A DNA stretch of 64,000 bases from an uncultured Anaerococcus sp. (GCF_943908415.1 NZ_CALTSY010000004.1:10144-74143); one strand, 5' to 3'; positions 29,515-39,805 are shown, numbered from the stretch's first letter. Notes: generated from the letters alone by a model not told the origin. Program-made: numbers and translations.

Positions 29515-30657
29515 TTACTTAGCTCTATTTATTACTTGACCAGAAATTATTACACGTTGAATTTCGTTAGTACCTTCAAATATTTGTAAAATTTTGGCAT
29601 CTCTTAGTAATTTTTCCACTGGATATTCACGGCTATAACCGTAACCACCTAAAATTTGTATAGCTTCTGAGGCATTTTTAAAGGCAACATCTCCTGCATA
29701 GCATTTAGCAATTGCAGCTTCTTTAGTATAAGGCAATCCTTCTTCTGCTAATTGTAAAGAGTGTACGACCATTTGTCTTGCAGTCTCTGCACCTATTTCC
29801 ATATCAGCTAATTTAAAACCTATTGCCTGTAATTTAGCTATAGGCTTACCAAAAGCTTTTCTTTCAAGAGAGTATTTAGCTGCTTCATCTATACTTCTTT
29901 GAGCTAAACCTACAGCTGTTGCCCCTACAAGAGGTCTAGCTAAATCAAGAGTTTGCATTGCATATATGAATCCCTTGCCCTCTTCTCCTAGTAAGTTTTC
30001 AGCTGGTACTCTAACATCATCAAAATTTATAGTAGCTGTATCTGAAGATCTAATTCCCATTTTATCTTCTTCTTTTCCTACAGAGAAGCCTTCTCTATCT
30101 TTTTCAACTATAAAAGCAGATATGCCTTTTAATCCTTTTTCCTTATCAGTAACTGCAAAAACAACAAATTCATCTGCATATGTACTGTTTGTAATGTAAG
30201 ATTTTGATCCATTAATAATGTATTCATCACCATCTTTTACTGCAATAGTTTTTGTAGCTCCAGCATCTGATCCTGCATCAGCTTCTGTTAAAGCAAAAGC
30301 ACCAAAACCACCATTTACTATGGTTTCTGAATATCTTTGTTTTTGTTCTTCAGTACCGTGCATAAGAACAGGTTTTAGACTAAGGGTATTGGCCATCAAG
30401 GTTGTAGCAAAGCCCAAATCGTATTTACCAAATTCTTCATATACAGCTGCAACTGTTATGTAGTCCATACCACTTCCACCATATTCTTCTGGTATTTCTA
30501 AGGTATGAAATCCTATCTCCATGGCTTTTTCTAGAACTTCTTTAGGAAAAGTACCTTCTCTATCCCATTCAGCTGCACAAGGTAGGATTTCCTTTTCACA
30601 AAAATCATGTGCTAATTGTACTAATTCTTTTCCTTCATCTTTCAATAAATATCCCAT
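29515..30657 (-). CDS. acyl-CoA dehydrogenase
   Basis: 380 aa ACAD. Confidence 0.85.
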   Translation of the reverse strand: MGYLLKDEGKELVQLAHDFCEKEILPCAAEWDREGTFPKEVLEKAMEIGFHTLEIPEEYGGSGMDYITVAAVYEEFGKYDLGFATTLMANTLSLKPVLMHGTEEQKQRYSETIVNGGFGAFALTEADAGSDAGATKTIAVKDGDEYIINGSKSYITNSTYADEFVVFAVTDKEKGLKGISAFIVEKDREGFSVGKEEDKMGIRSSDTATINFDDVRVPAENLLGEEGKGFIYAMQTLDLARPLVGATAVGLAQRSIDEAAKYSLERKAFGKPIAKLQAIGFKLADMEIGAETARQMVVHSLQLAEEGLPYTKEAAIAKCYAGDVAFKNASEAIQILGGYGYSREYPVEKLLRDAKILQIFEGTNEIQRVIISGQVINRAK

Positions 30658-30969
30658 AATATTGCCCCCTTTTAAAATAATTTAATAATTTTAGGAATTC
30701 GTTTTCATAATCTTTATACCTTAAATTAAAAAAATGTCAATATATAATATTATAAATTATCATCTATATATATAATAATTATAAGTTTATAGGTGCTTAT
30801 CTCATTGTTCATCTTTTACTATTCTTATATTTATAAATATCTTTTATATTAGAATTTATAAAGAATAATGCTGTGAATAGATAGATAAAATAAATGTTTA
30901 AATTAAAAATAAAAAAATTTATATAGCAGATTAGATATATATATTTAAAGCTGGTTCAAATAAAAAACA

Positions 30970-30998
30970 GGCACAAGTATATGTGCCTGACAATTATA
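30970..30998 (-). terminator. intrinsic terminator after the superoxide reductase gene
   Basis: CAGGCACA-n6-TGTGCCTG hairpin followed by a T-run on the minus strand. Confidence 0.55.
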
Positions 30999-31003
30999 AC
31001 ATA

Positions 31004-31363
31004 TTAGTCTAGTTCTTTAGAATTTTCCCATAGACCGTGGATATTACAATAGCTTAGTGCGTAGAATGTACCTTTTTTATCTGTTTTTAGTACGCCTGTT
31101 GCACTTGGTTCTGCTAATAAATCTTCTTCTCCGTGAGCATTAAATTCATAAGATGCAATTTCTACTGGGAATTTAGCACCTTCTGCTTGGAAGAATAATT
31201 TTATCCAAGCTATATGATGTTCTAATGTATTTGGATGTTCGATTTCGCTTCCTACTGCTGTAGTAACTTTGATTTTACCATCTAATTTTTCGAATTCTAT
31301 TTCTGGTACGTGTTTTTCACTTGACCAATCGCCAGTTTGAACAGTTTCTGTTAATTTTGTCAT
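31004..31363 (-). CDS. superoxide reductase (neelaredoxin/desulfoferrodoxin class, centre II only)
   Basis: 119 aa with the C-terminal CNxHGxW motif (YCNIHGLWE) and conserved His ligands. Confidence 0.75.
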   Translation of the reverse strand: MTKLTETVQTGDWSSEKHVPEIEFEKLDGKIKVTTAVGSEIEHPNTLEHHIAWIKLFFQAEGAKFPVEIASYEFNAHGEEDLLAEPSATGVLKTDKKGTFYALSYCNIHGLWENSKELD

Positions 31364-31441
31364 AATTACCTCCGTAATCCTATATATTAAATATGTACAA
31401 TTTTCTATCTATATATATTATAACAGTATTTAGAGAGGAAA

Positions 31442-32740
31442 TCAATTGCAATTATCTAATTTATCTATATCCTGGTTAAATTGCTCGCCAGTTTCCATGT
31501 TTCTAATGCTTACTTCATTTTTAGAAACTTCTTCTTCACCGATTATAACTACATATTTGGCATCTATTTTATCAGCATAGTTTATTTTCTTTTTAAATTT
31601 TCCTTTTTCTAGATATATATCTGCTTTTTTGCCTTGTTTTTTTAATCTATTTAAAACATCTATTCCATAAAAATTAAATTCTTCATCCATTGGTAAAACT
31701 AAAAATTCAACTGTATCTACTTTTTTATCCTCTATAAGTCCCAGTTCTTGAAGTTGGTAAAATAGCCTTGTAAGTCCTATAGACATACCGACACCTGGTA
31801 ATTTTTGTTTGGTAAAATTACTTGCTAGATTATCATATCTACCACCAGAACAAACTGATCCTATAGACTCATATCCGTTTATAAATGTTTCATATACTGT
31901 AGATGTATAGTAATCTAAACCACGTGTTATACTTAAATCAATTTTAATATTTCTATCATCTACTCCAAATTTAAGCATATATTCGTAAACAGTTTTTAGC
32001 TCTTCTAGTCCTTCTTTATATAGTTCATCATCTGATAAACCAACTAACTTTTCTATAGTTTCTTTATTAGATAAGTTAGATCCAATAAATTCTATAGTCT
32101 TCTTAGCTTTTTCTTCACCAATAATTTCATTTAAAATACTATTAGCTTTTTCTATACCAATCTTATCTTTTTTATCTATAGTTCTTAAAACTTCTGTGCT
32201 ATCTTCTATTTCTAAAGATTTAAAGAAACCATTCAAAAGCTTTCTATTGTTAATATGGAAAGTTACGTTTGGAAAATCAATCCTTTTAAAAGCTTCATAC
32301 ATTACACAAGCTAGCAAGGCATCATTATAGATTGAAAGATTATTATTGCCTATTATATCTATATCAGCTTGATAAAATTCCTTATATCTACCCTTCTGAT
32401 TGCGTTCACCACGGTAAACTTTACCAATTTGATAGCGTTTGAATGGGAAATTTAGTTCAGAAAAATGTTCTGATACATAACGAGCTAAGGGTACTGTAAG
32501 GTCAAATCTTAGGCTCATGTCTTTAGAGTCACTGGCAATTTCAAAAATTTGTTTTTCTGTCTCTCCGCCACCCTTAGCAAAAAGTATTTCATTTTTTTCT
32601 ATAACTGGAGTATCGATGGATGAAAATCCATAGTCTTTAAAAGTTTTTTCAATTGTATTTTTTATTTCATCTAAAACTTTTTGTTCATCTGGAAGTAGCT
32701 CCATGATCCCAGCAATAGTTGATGGTTTTATAATGTCCAT
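31442..32740 (-). CDS. hisS: histidine--tRNA ligase
   Basis: 432 aa class II core plus a C-terminal anticodon-binding domain. No T-box was seen upstream. Confidence 0.8.
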   Translation of the reverse strand: MDIIKPSTIAGIMELLPDEQKVLDEIKNTIEKTFKDYGFSSIDTPVIEKNEILFAKGGGETEKQIFEIASDSKDMSLRFDLTVPLARYVSEHFSELNFPFKRYQIGKVYRGERNQKGRYKEFYQADIDIIGNNNLSIYNDALLACVMYEAFKRIDFPNVTFHINNRKLLNGFFKSLEIEDSTEVLRTIDKKDKIGIEKANSILNEIIGEEKAKKTIEFIGSNLSNKETIEKLVGLSDDELYKEGLEELKTVYEYMLKFGVDDRNIKIDLSITRGLDYYTSTVYETFINGYESIGSVCSGGRYDNLASNFTKQKLPGVGMSIGLTRLFYQLQELGLIEDKKVDTVEFLVLPMDEEFNFYGIDVLNRLKKQGKKADIYLEKGKFKKKINYADKIDAKYVVIIGEEEVSKNEVSIRNMETGEQFNQDIDKLDNCN

Positions 32741-32983
32741 TATTCTCTCCTAAGCTTTTTAGTATATTATAACATATAATATAATACGCTATTTACTTAA
32801 TACTAGCTATTTAATTTAATATACTAAAACTATCTTCCTTATCCCTACTATTTAATTATAAGTAAAAATTTTCATATAAAAAAGGTGAAGAAATATATAA
32901 AATTCTAAGATTTTACTAGAATTATTGTATAACTTTCACCTTTTTCTTATTTACTTATAATTATTTACATAACTAACAAATAC

Positions 32984-34075
32984 TTATCTTTTTAAAGAGG
33001 ATTTTGGAGCTAAGTTAAATATTCCCTTAGTCTTTTCTATATCCTTTATTCTCTGTTCTGCTAATCTATTTGCAGCTATATTTGTAGCTATATCTTCTTT
33101 TTTAGAGATTTCAAATACCTTTGATATTTGTTCAGCAATTTTGTCAATTTTTCTATTGGCTCTTTCTCTATTAAAACCACCATATAACTCATCATGACAG
33201 TGGATAACTCCTCCAGCATTTACTATAAAGTCTGGAGCATATAATATTCCTTTATCTTTTAAAACCTTACCATGGCGTTCTTCTTTTAATTGATTGTTTG
33301 CAGAGCCACAGATAATATCAAATTTCATCTTAGGAATAGTCTCATCATTGATAGTCGCACCTAGTGCACATGGAGCATATATATCTCCTTGCCAATCCCA
33401 CATTTTATCTGCTTCTACTATTTCAATTCCACATTTTTTTGCTTCTTCTATAGATTTTTCGTTTATATCACAGCCATAAACTTTAGCATCTTCTTCTTGG
33501 CAATATTTAGCAACATTTAAACCTACATTTCCTAATCCCTGTACTAAGATTTTCTTATCTTTTAACGAGTCCTCTCCATATTTTTCTTTGGCACTTGCCT
33601 TTATAGACATATAGACTCCACGAGCTGTAGATGGGGATGGATTTCCAGATGTACCCGGCTTCATAGAAGTACCTAGAACATAGTCTGTTTCTTGATATAT
33701 GTGGTCCATATCATCTTCAGTAGTTCCTACATCTTCAGCGGTTATGTATCTACCACCCATAGCATTAATATATCTAGCTAAAGACCTAAGCATAGCTTCT
33801 GTTTTTGGATGCTCATCGTCGATCATCACTACTGTTTTTGCTCCACCTGACCAAATCCCACAGGCTGAATTTTTATATGTCATACCGCGAGCGAGCCTTA
33901 AAGCATCTTCTATGGCATCTTCTTCACTATCATAATGCCATATTCTACATCCACCTATAGCAGGTCCTAAAACTGTATTATGGATGCATGTAACTGCGCG
34001 CAAACCTGTTTCAGAATCATTCATAAAAATAAGTTGTTCGTAATCATTTTCGTTCATTTTTTCAAATATGTTCAT
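32984..34075 (-). CDS. Glu/Leu/Phe/Val dehydrogenase family (leucine dehydrogenase-like)
   Basis: Leucine-dehydrogenase-like motifs. The start was chosen at MNIFEKM, which has an AAGGAG RBS; the ORF-track start at 34162 overlaps the upstream gene. Confidence 0.8.
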   Translation of the reverse strand: MNIFEKMNENDYEQLIFMNDSETGLRAVTCIHNTVLGPAIGGCRIWHYDSEEDAIEDALRLARGMTYKNSACGIWSGGAKTVVMIDDEHPKTEAMLRSLARYINAMGGRYITAEDVGTTEDDMDHIYQETDYVLGTSMKPGTSGNPSPSTARGVYMSIKASAKEKYGEDSLKDKKILVQGLGNVGLNVAKYCQEEDAKVYGCDINEKSIEEAKKCGIEIVEADKMWDWQGDIYAPCALGATINDETIPKMKFDIICGSANNQLKEERHGKVLKDKGILYAPDFIVNAGGVIHCHDELYGGFNRERANRKIDKIAEQISKVFEISKKEDIATNIAANRLAEQRIKDIEKTKGIFNLAPKSSLKR

Positions 34076-34088
34076 AAGTATCTCCTTA

Positions 34089-35213
34089 TTAAAATTTAGA
34101 ATAAGATTGGTCTGCCCACCATTGTTCTTGGTGTAATTTGCTATGTTCATCAAATTGATCAAAGTGATATTTTTCCCACTTTACTAATTCAGAGTATAAT
34201 TCTTTGGATGCCCTATCATCAACCATTTTGCTAGCTTTTTTGTAAAATTCTAACTCATTATATTCAATATATAAGGAATTTTTTAAGGCTGATATGATTA
34301 GTTCGTCATCTAGATTTTTATCAATTTTTTCTTTAAATAAGGCTATATTTTTATAAGAATCATAGTCATTATCTAGGCTAGAATTAGGATTTTCTAATTT
34401 TTCTAATAAAGCCTTAATATACATAACATGTTCTTCTTCTTGCTTAGCTACAGATTCAAATATAGCTTTATAACTTCCACTTAATTTAGAGTTTAAAAAA
34501 TTATAATAATCGATAGCGTTTTGTTCAAATTCCAGGGCATATTTTGCAGTTTCTAATGGATTTTGAAAAATATTCTCATCGTATTCAAATGTGATTTCAG
34601 AGCTTATATCACCATCGTATGCAAAGGCTTGTGGAGTTTTTCTATAACTTTCATCTTTTTCCTTGCCTTCTTTATTTTTTATAAGCTCTCTTCCTGTATT
34701 TAAGGCTTCTTTATTTATAGGAATCAATTCTTTTTTCTTATCTCCAAATACCTTGGAAAAGGCTTCAATTATAGAATCTAACTTGACTAGATTAGTAACT
34801 TCTAGAAATGAACCAAGCATTACCATATTGGCCATTTTTATATTGCCAAGCTCTCTTGCCTTAGAACTAACGGGAACTTCATATATATTAATCTCATCAT
34901 TGTCAAAGCCTTCAGTATCTACTAGTGATGAATTTATAAATAGATTACCTCCTGGCTTAACTATGCTACTAAATTTATCAAATGACGGCTGGTTCATAAC
35001 TATAAGATCTGTTGCTATATCAATATTAGGAGCTCCTATAGGAGTATCTGATATTACTACCGAACAGTTAGCAGCACCTCCTCTCATCTCTGGACCATAA
35101 GATGGCATCCACGAAACTTCTAAGTCCTCAACCATACCTGCATAGGCTATCATTTGACCCATAGCAAGCACACCTTGACCACCAAATCCGGCACATAAAA
35201 TACGTCTTTGCAT
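34089..35213 (-). CDS. 2-oxoacid:ferredoxin oxidoreductase gamma subunit fused to a C-terminal ferritin/rubrerythrin-like diiron domain
   Basis: The N-terminal ~180 aa are OFOR gamma (CAGFGGQGV…). The C-terminal ~190 aa carry two E…EXXH pairs (EFEQ…EEEHV, EYNELE…EKYHF) typical of a four-helix-bundle diiron site. Confidence 0.7.
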   Translation of the reverse strand: MQRRILCAGFGGQGVLAMGQMIAYAGMVEDLEVSWMPSYGPEMRGGAANCSVVISDTPIGAPNIDIATDLIVMNQPSFDKFSSIVKPGGNLFINSSLVDTEGFDNDEINIYEVPVSSKARELGNIKMANMVMLGSFLEVTNLVKLDSIIEAFSKVFGDKKKELIPINKEALNTGRELIKNKEGKEKDESYRKTPQAFAYDGDISSEITFEYDENIFQNPLETAKYALEFEQNAIDYYNFLNSKLSGSYKAIFESVAKQEEEHVMYIKALLEKLENPNSSLDNDYDSYKNIALFKEKIDKNLDDELIISALKNSLYIEYNELEFYKKASKMVDDRASKELYSELVKWEKYHFDQFDEHSKLHQEQWWADQSYSKF

Positions 35214-35214
35214 A

Positions 35215-35964
35215 TTATTCCTCCTTGATTCTTCCTAATGGATAATAAGGTATCATATTATCATCAACCCATTTCATGGCTTCCACTGGTGTCATTCCCC
35301 AGTTTGTAGAACAAGTAGAAAGAACCTCTACTATACCAAATCCCTTGCCTTGGATTTGATATTCAAAGCATTTTTTAATGGAAGCTTTTGCTTTTCTGAT
35401 ATTAGCTGGAGAATTTACCGCTACTCTTTCCACAAATTTAGCGCCATCCAAAGTAGCTAGCATTTCTGAAACTCTTATTGGTTTACCAGACCATTTTTCA
35501 TCACGTCCTTTAGGAGAGGTAGTTGTAACTTGACCTATCAATGAAGTAGGCGCCATTTGTCCACCTGTCATGCCATAGATGGCATTGTTTACAAATATTA
35601 CTGATATATTTTCTCCCCTATGTGCTGCATGGACTATTTCATTAGTACCAATAGATGCTAGGTCTCCATCCCCTTGATAGGTAAATACAAAAGTTTCCGG
35701 AGATACTCTTTTGATACCTGTTGCTAAGGCTGGAGCCCTACCGTGATCTGCTAGAGTCATATCAACATTCCAATAAGCTGTAGAAGGAGCTGCACATCCA
35801 ACTGGTGCTACTCCAACTGTGCTATCTGCTACTCCAAGCTCAACCAAGGACTCAGCTATAAGTTTATGTATAACACCATGGGTGCAGCCTGGACAAAAAT
35901 GAGTGGATACATCTGTCAAAGCAGCAGATTTTTCATAGACTACCTTTTCCTTTATATCAGTCAT
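35215..35964 (-). CDS. 2-oxoacid:ferredoxin oxidoreductase beta subunit (TPP-binding)
   Basis: TPP-binding GDG motif. The start MTDIKEK is preceded by a GGAGGG RBS and overlaps the alpha stop (ATGACTGA). Confidence 0.85.
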   Translation of the reverse strand: MTDIKEKVVYEKSAALTDVSTHFCPGCTHGVIHKLIAESLVELGVADSTVGVAPVGCAAPSTAYWNVDMTLADHGRAPALATGIKRVSPETFVFTYQGDGDLASIGTNEIVHAAHRGENISVIFVNNAIYGMTGGQMAPTSLIGQVTTTSPKGRDEKWSGKPIRVSEMLATLDGAKFVERVAVNSPANIRKAKASIKKCFEYQIQGKGFGIVEVLSTCSTNWGMTPVEAMKWVDDNMIPYYPLGRIKEE

Positions 35965-37024
35965 ATCTTCCCTCCAAAATCTCTCTAGCTTCTTGAGCAA
36001 TTTCTTCAGCTGTCGGAATCATTCCACCTAATCTATTGTAAAAGTGTACTTTTTGCCTTCCTTCAACAGCAATCTTTACATCCTCTAACATTTGGCCATT
36101 ATTCATTTCAACTACCAAAATATTTTTGCAATTTATCTTCTTATAAGAGTCAAATGGGAATGGCCACACAGATATAGGTCTTATAATCCCAACTTTATAT
36201 CCTTCGTCCCTTAAGATCTGAATAGCAGTTTTTACTATTCTAGCTGAAGAACCATAAGAAGTTAGTATAAGATCACAATCTTTTACTCCATCCTCTTCAA
36301 CTATTACTTCCTCTTCCATAATTTTTAGGTACTTTTCATATCTTTTTCTATCATTAATTTCAAGTTGTGGTGTTGATAGCTCTAAAGATGTTATTACATT
36401 TCTATAGCCTCGTTCTCCACTTCTACCATCTGTAGCCCAGTCTTTAGGGCATCTATTTAATACTTCTTCATTAGCTTCAGGAAATTCTACTGGTTCCATC
36501 ATCTGTCCAAGCATACCGTCAGCCATAATAAAAGCTGGCATCCTCCACTCATCCGCTTTATCAAAGGCTAATATAGTGTAATCTACTAGCTCTTGTACAT
36601 TGCTTGGCGCATAAGCTAAGACTCTGTAATCACCATTGCCTCCACCGCGAGTTGTTTGAAAATAGTCCGTTTGTGATGGTTGAATAGATCCAAGCCCTGG
36701 ACCACCTCTCATCATATTCACAATTACCATTGGTAAATCAGAACCAGCTGCTGAAGAAATGCCCTCTTGCATAAGTGAAATACCTGGCCCAGAAGAAGAT
36801 GTCATTGTTCTATGTCCTGCTGCAGCTGCTCCATAAAGCATATATATCGATGCAATTTCGCTTTCCGCCTGTAAAAACACTCCTCCTACTTCTGGTAACT
36901 TTCTAGAAAAGTATTCTGGAACTTCTGATTGAGGCGTAATAGGATATCCAAAATAGCTTCTACAACCTGCTCTAATAGCAGCTTCTGCAAGAGCTTCATT
37001 GCCTTTCATTAAAACCTTTGTCAT
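35957..37024 (-). CDS. 2-oxoacid:ferredoxin oxidoreductase alpha subunit
   Basis: 355 aa PorA/VorA-like. Confidence 0.85.
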   Translation of the reverse strand: MTKVLMKGNEALAEAAIRAGCRSYFGYPITPQSEVPEYFSRKLPEVGGVFLQAESEIASIYMLYGAAAAGHRTMTSSSGPGISLMQEGISSAAGSDLPMVIVNMMRGGPGLGSIQPSQTDYFQTTRGGGNGDYRVLAYAPSNVQELVDYTILAFDKADEWRMPAFIMADGMLGQMMEPVEFPEANEEVLNRCPKDWATDGRSGERGYRNVITSLELSTPQLEINDRKRYEKYLKIMEEEVIVEEDGVKDCDLILTSYGSSARIVKTAIQILRDEGYKVGIIRPISVWPFPFDSYKKINCKNILVVEMNNGQMLEDVKIAVEGRQKVHFYNRLGGMIPTAEEIAQEAREILEGRYD

Positions 37025-37032
37025 AATTCCTC

Positions 37033-37266
37033 CTAGGATAATTTATAAACTGAAATAACAGAGTCAGGACAAGTTATTGCACAATTGCCACAAGCAATAC
37101 ACTCATCAGGCCTAACTGCCGAAGAGGGTGAGTAGCCCTTAGCATTTATGGTATTCATATCAAGTTCTAAGACGTTTTTAGGACATACACTTACGCAAAG
37201 TCCACATCCTTTACACAAGTCTTGGTTTATAACTACTTTTCCTATTCTTTTTTTAGTATCTGCCAT
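37033..37266 (-). CDS. 2-oxoacid:ferredoxin oxidoreductase delta subunit (2x[4Fe-4S] ferredoxin)
   Basis: 77 aa with two CxxCxxCxxxCP motifs. Confidence 0.85.
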   Translation of the reverse strand: MADTKKRIGKVVINQDLCKGCGLCVSVCPKNVLELDMNTINAKGYSPSSAVRPDECIACGNCAITCPDSVISVYKLS

Positions 37267-37275
37267 AATTCCTCC

Positions 37276-37968
37276 CTAGCTCATCCAATCTTCTCTTAAG
37301 TATAAGTTTATTGGAAATAATTTATTTTTTATATCAATTGAGATCTTAGGATTATTTTTTAAACTTTTAGCTATGTCTTTTTGACATACGTCATATCTAA
37401 ACTCAATATTAAGTTTTTCAGATACTTCATTGACTATAGCATGGCCCTTTAATACGTCTGATTCACTAGTGCTTTTTAGCATGTGACTTGTATTAATTAG
37501 CACATTTGTTTTAACACCAGCCATAGCTTCTATTTCTTTCATATATGCTATAATATCATCCACGTTTGATGTTTCAGGTCTATTGGTGTTTATAACAAAA
37601 ATATTCTCAGTGTTTTTTAAATATTGTTTGTAAGTCCTAAGTATCAGCGCACCTTTAGGGTCTCCTCCTAAATCTAAAATAGCTTGATAAGACTTATCTT
37701 GTATAGGTTTTAGAATGCTTGGATCTAGGGCCGGTACATCTAATACATCTTGATGCCCTCTAGAAGATGAATAAACTTCTATAGAATTTTCTTCTAATAA
37801 TGCTGTCTTTTCTCTAACTCTAAAATACATATTTATAATGTCCAGGTCGCATATAGCTACTTTTTCAAAGTATTTACTTAGATATAGACCATAATTTATA
37901 GAAAATTCGCTCTTACCAGATCCAAAGTGCCCATAAACTATATGTATTCTCTTTTCTATTTTATCCAC
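37276..37968 (-). CDS. P-loop kinase-like NTPase of unknown function
   Basis: Walker A GHFGSGKS at residues 13-20 with a following DLD. 230 aa, first gene of the VOR operon. Confidence 0.5.
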   Translation of the reverse strand: MDKIEKRIHIVYGHFGSGKSEFSINYGLYLSKYFEKVAICDLDIINMYFRVREKTALLEENSIEVYSSSRGHQDVLDVPALDPSILKPIQDKSYQAILDLGGDPKGALILRTYKQYLKNTENIFVINTNRPETSNVDDIIAYMKEIEAMAGVKTNVLINTSHMLKSTSESDVLKGHAIVNEVSEKLNIEFRYDVCQKDIAKSLKNNPKISIDIKNKLFPINLYLREDWMS

Positions 37969-38437
37969 CCCCTATTAAATAAATAATGCAAGTTATTTCA
38001 ATTAGTATCTTTAGCTAATATCAACAACTTATCTTATAAATAGTATACAAGATTTAGAAGATAAATGCAATCGTTTTCTTTTAAAATATTTCTGTATATC
38101 CGTTTATAATAATATAATATTAGATGAATTTCGGTTAATTATTTTAAAATTTAATTAAAAATTAAACTGATAAAAACTGAACAATTATAGATATTAGCTA
38201 TCATTTCTTATTTAAAAAAACTTTATTATTATATTTTTCGGATTTTTAAATTATGCTGCTATAGTTAATAATTATACAATGTTTAACAACATTAAGAAAA
38301 CGATTTTATAAAATGAATAAATAATCTTTTTTTATTTGTAGACATATCTTTAAGAAATTACAAAAAAATATTTCTTATATTAAAATTCAATAAAAAAACG
38401 AGCTATACAATTTTACTTGCATTACTCGTTTTCATAA

Positions 38438-39751
38438 TTACAATCCTAGATTAGCATTTAACATTTTGCCCCTGTCATTAGTTTCCCTTCTAGAAAGTAA
38501 TATTCCTAAGATAAAAGTTAGTATAAAAGGCACAAGCCATGGGAAACCTGAATTATAAAAAGGTAGCCATGATATAATTTTATTTAGCGAGCTAAGATTA
38601 GATATATCAAAAACCCTAACATAGTCTATTATTGTTTGAATGATAGCTACTATAGTAACAACTGTAAAAGTTACTTTTCTATACTTATACTCAATTTCTT
38701 TATCCATTAAGTTATATACTATCATAGTTAAAAACACAGGATAGGCAAAATTTAGCATAGGAAAAGTAAAGTTTACTATTCCATCAACTCCAACTAAAGA
38801 TAATATAAGAGAAATCCCAGTGATAATAATAAGCATTTTTTTGTATGAAATTTTATCATTAAAGATCTCTACAAAAATCTCAGATATAGAGCTAGTAAGA
38901 CCTACAGCAGTCGTAAGACAAGCTAATGCTATAATAGAAGATAATATGTACTTACCTACAGGGCCTAATATAGAATGGGTTATGCTTATCAGTAAATCAA
39001 CCCTTTCTGTTTTATCTTGATATACTATAGAGCTGGTAGCCCCTAAATATGTTAAAGAAATATATACTAGCAAGAGTCCACAAGAAGCAACGGCTATAAC
39101 CTGAAAAGTTTTCTTTAATAAATTATCTTCATATCCTTTATCAATCAAAGACTTGATTACTATAGGAGAAAATACCATTGCAGCTAGGGCATCCATAGTA
39201 TTGTATCCTTCTGTAATAGATTTTGAAAAAACTTCTGCCTGACTATTAGAAGTAACTAATTTTTCTCCTATAGGATGTACTATGCCAGCTATTATCATTA
39301 CAGCTAATACTATTAATAAGGCTGGCGTAAGATATTTTCCTATTACATCAATTATCTTGCTATTAGTAAAATTTAGCAAAAATGTTATACCAAAAAATAA
39401 TATTATAAATAATATGTAAGATATATTAATTCCAGATGCTATGACTACCTCAGCACTAGTTGCACCAGTTCTAGGTATAGCCCCTAAGGGGCCTATGACC
39501 AAAATTACTAATAAAGTAATTATATATCCAAGCCTAGGACCACTTACCTGGGTGAACTTTTTTACATTCCCATCTTTTTTTGCCATAGCTATTACACCAA
39601 GTGATGCTAAGCCAACTCCTGTCAGCAAGAATCCTATACTAGAAATCAACCAACTTGCTCCAAAAGTCTTACCTAAAAATGGAGGAAAGATTAAATTCCC
39701 AGCTCCAAAAAATAAAGAAAATAAGGCAAAACCTACAATAATAACATCCAT
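38438..39751 (-). CDS. brnQ: branched-chain amino acid transport system II carrier (LIVCS family)
   Basis: 437 aa with 12 TMs; the N-terminus matches the BrnQ signature (GFALFSLFFGAGNLIFPP). Confidence 0.85.
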   Translation of the reverse strand: MDVIIVGFALFSLFFGAGNLIFPPFLGKTFGASWLISSIGFLLTGVGLASLGVIAMAKKDGNVKKFTQVSGPRLGYIITLLVILVIGPLGAIPRTGATSAEVVIASGINISYILFIILFFGITFLLNFTNSKIIDVIGKYLTPALLIVLAVMIIAGIVHPIGEKLVTSNSQAEVFSKSITEGYNTMDALAAMVFSPIVIKSLIDKGYEDNLLKKTFQVIAVASCGLLLVYISLTYLGATSSIVYQDKTERVDLLISITHSILGPVGKYILSSIIALACLTTAVGLTSSISEIFVEIFNDKISYKKMLIIITGISLILSLVGVDGIVNFTFPMLNFAYPVFLTMIVYNLMDKEIEYKYRKVTFTVVTIVAIIQTIIDYVRVFDISNLSSLNKIISWLPFYNSGFPWLVPFILTFILGILLSRRETNDRGKMLNANLGL

Positions 39752-39805
39752 AATAATCTCCTTGTAACAAATATTTAATAATTATACTTTAGTTTTTATA
39801 ATTAT

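Noticed and set aside
32741-32983. T-box leader upstream of hisS
   Set aside because: No GGTGGTACC-type T-box sequence or antiterminator/terminator pair is visible. There is only a weak AT-rich hairpin.
37969-38437. 470-bp AT-rich intergenic region scanned for small ORFs, riboswitch or T-box
   Set aside because: Only promoter-like AT-rich sequence and a weak brnQ terminator were found. There was no conserved riboswitch core sequence that I could recognise.
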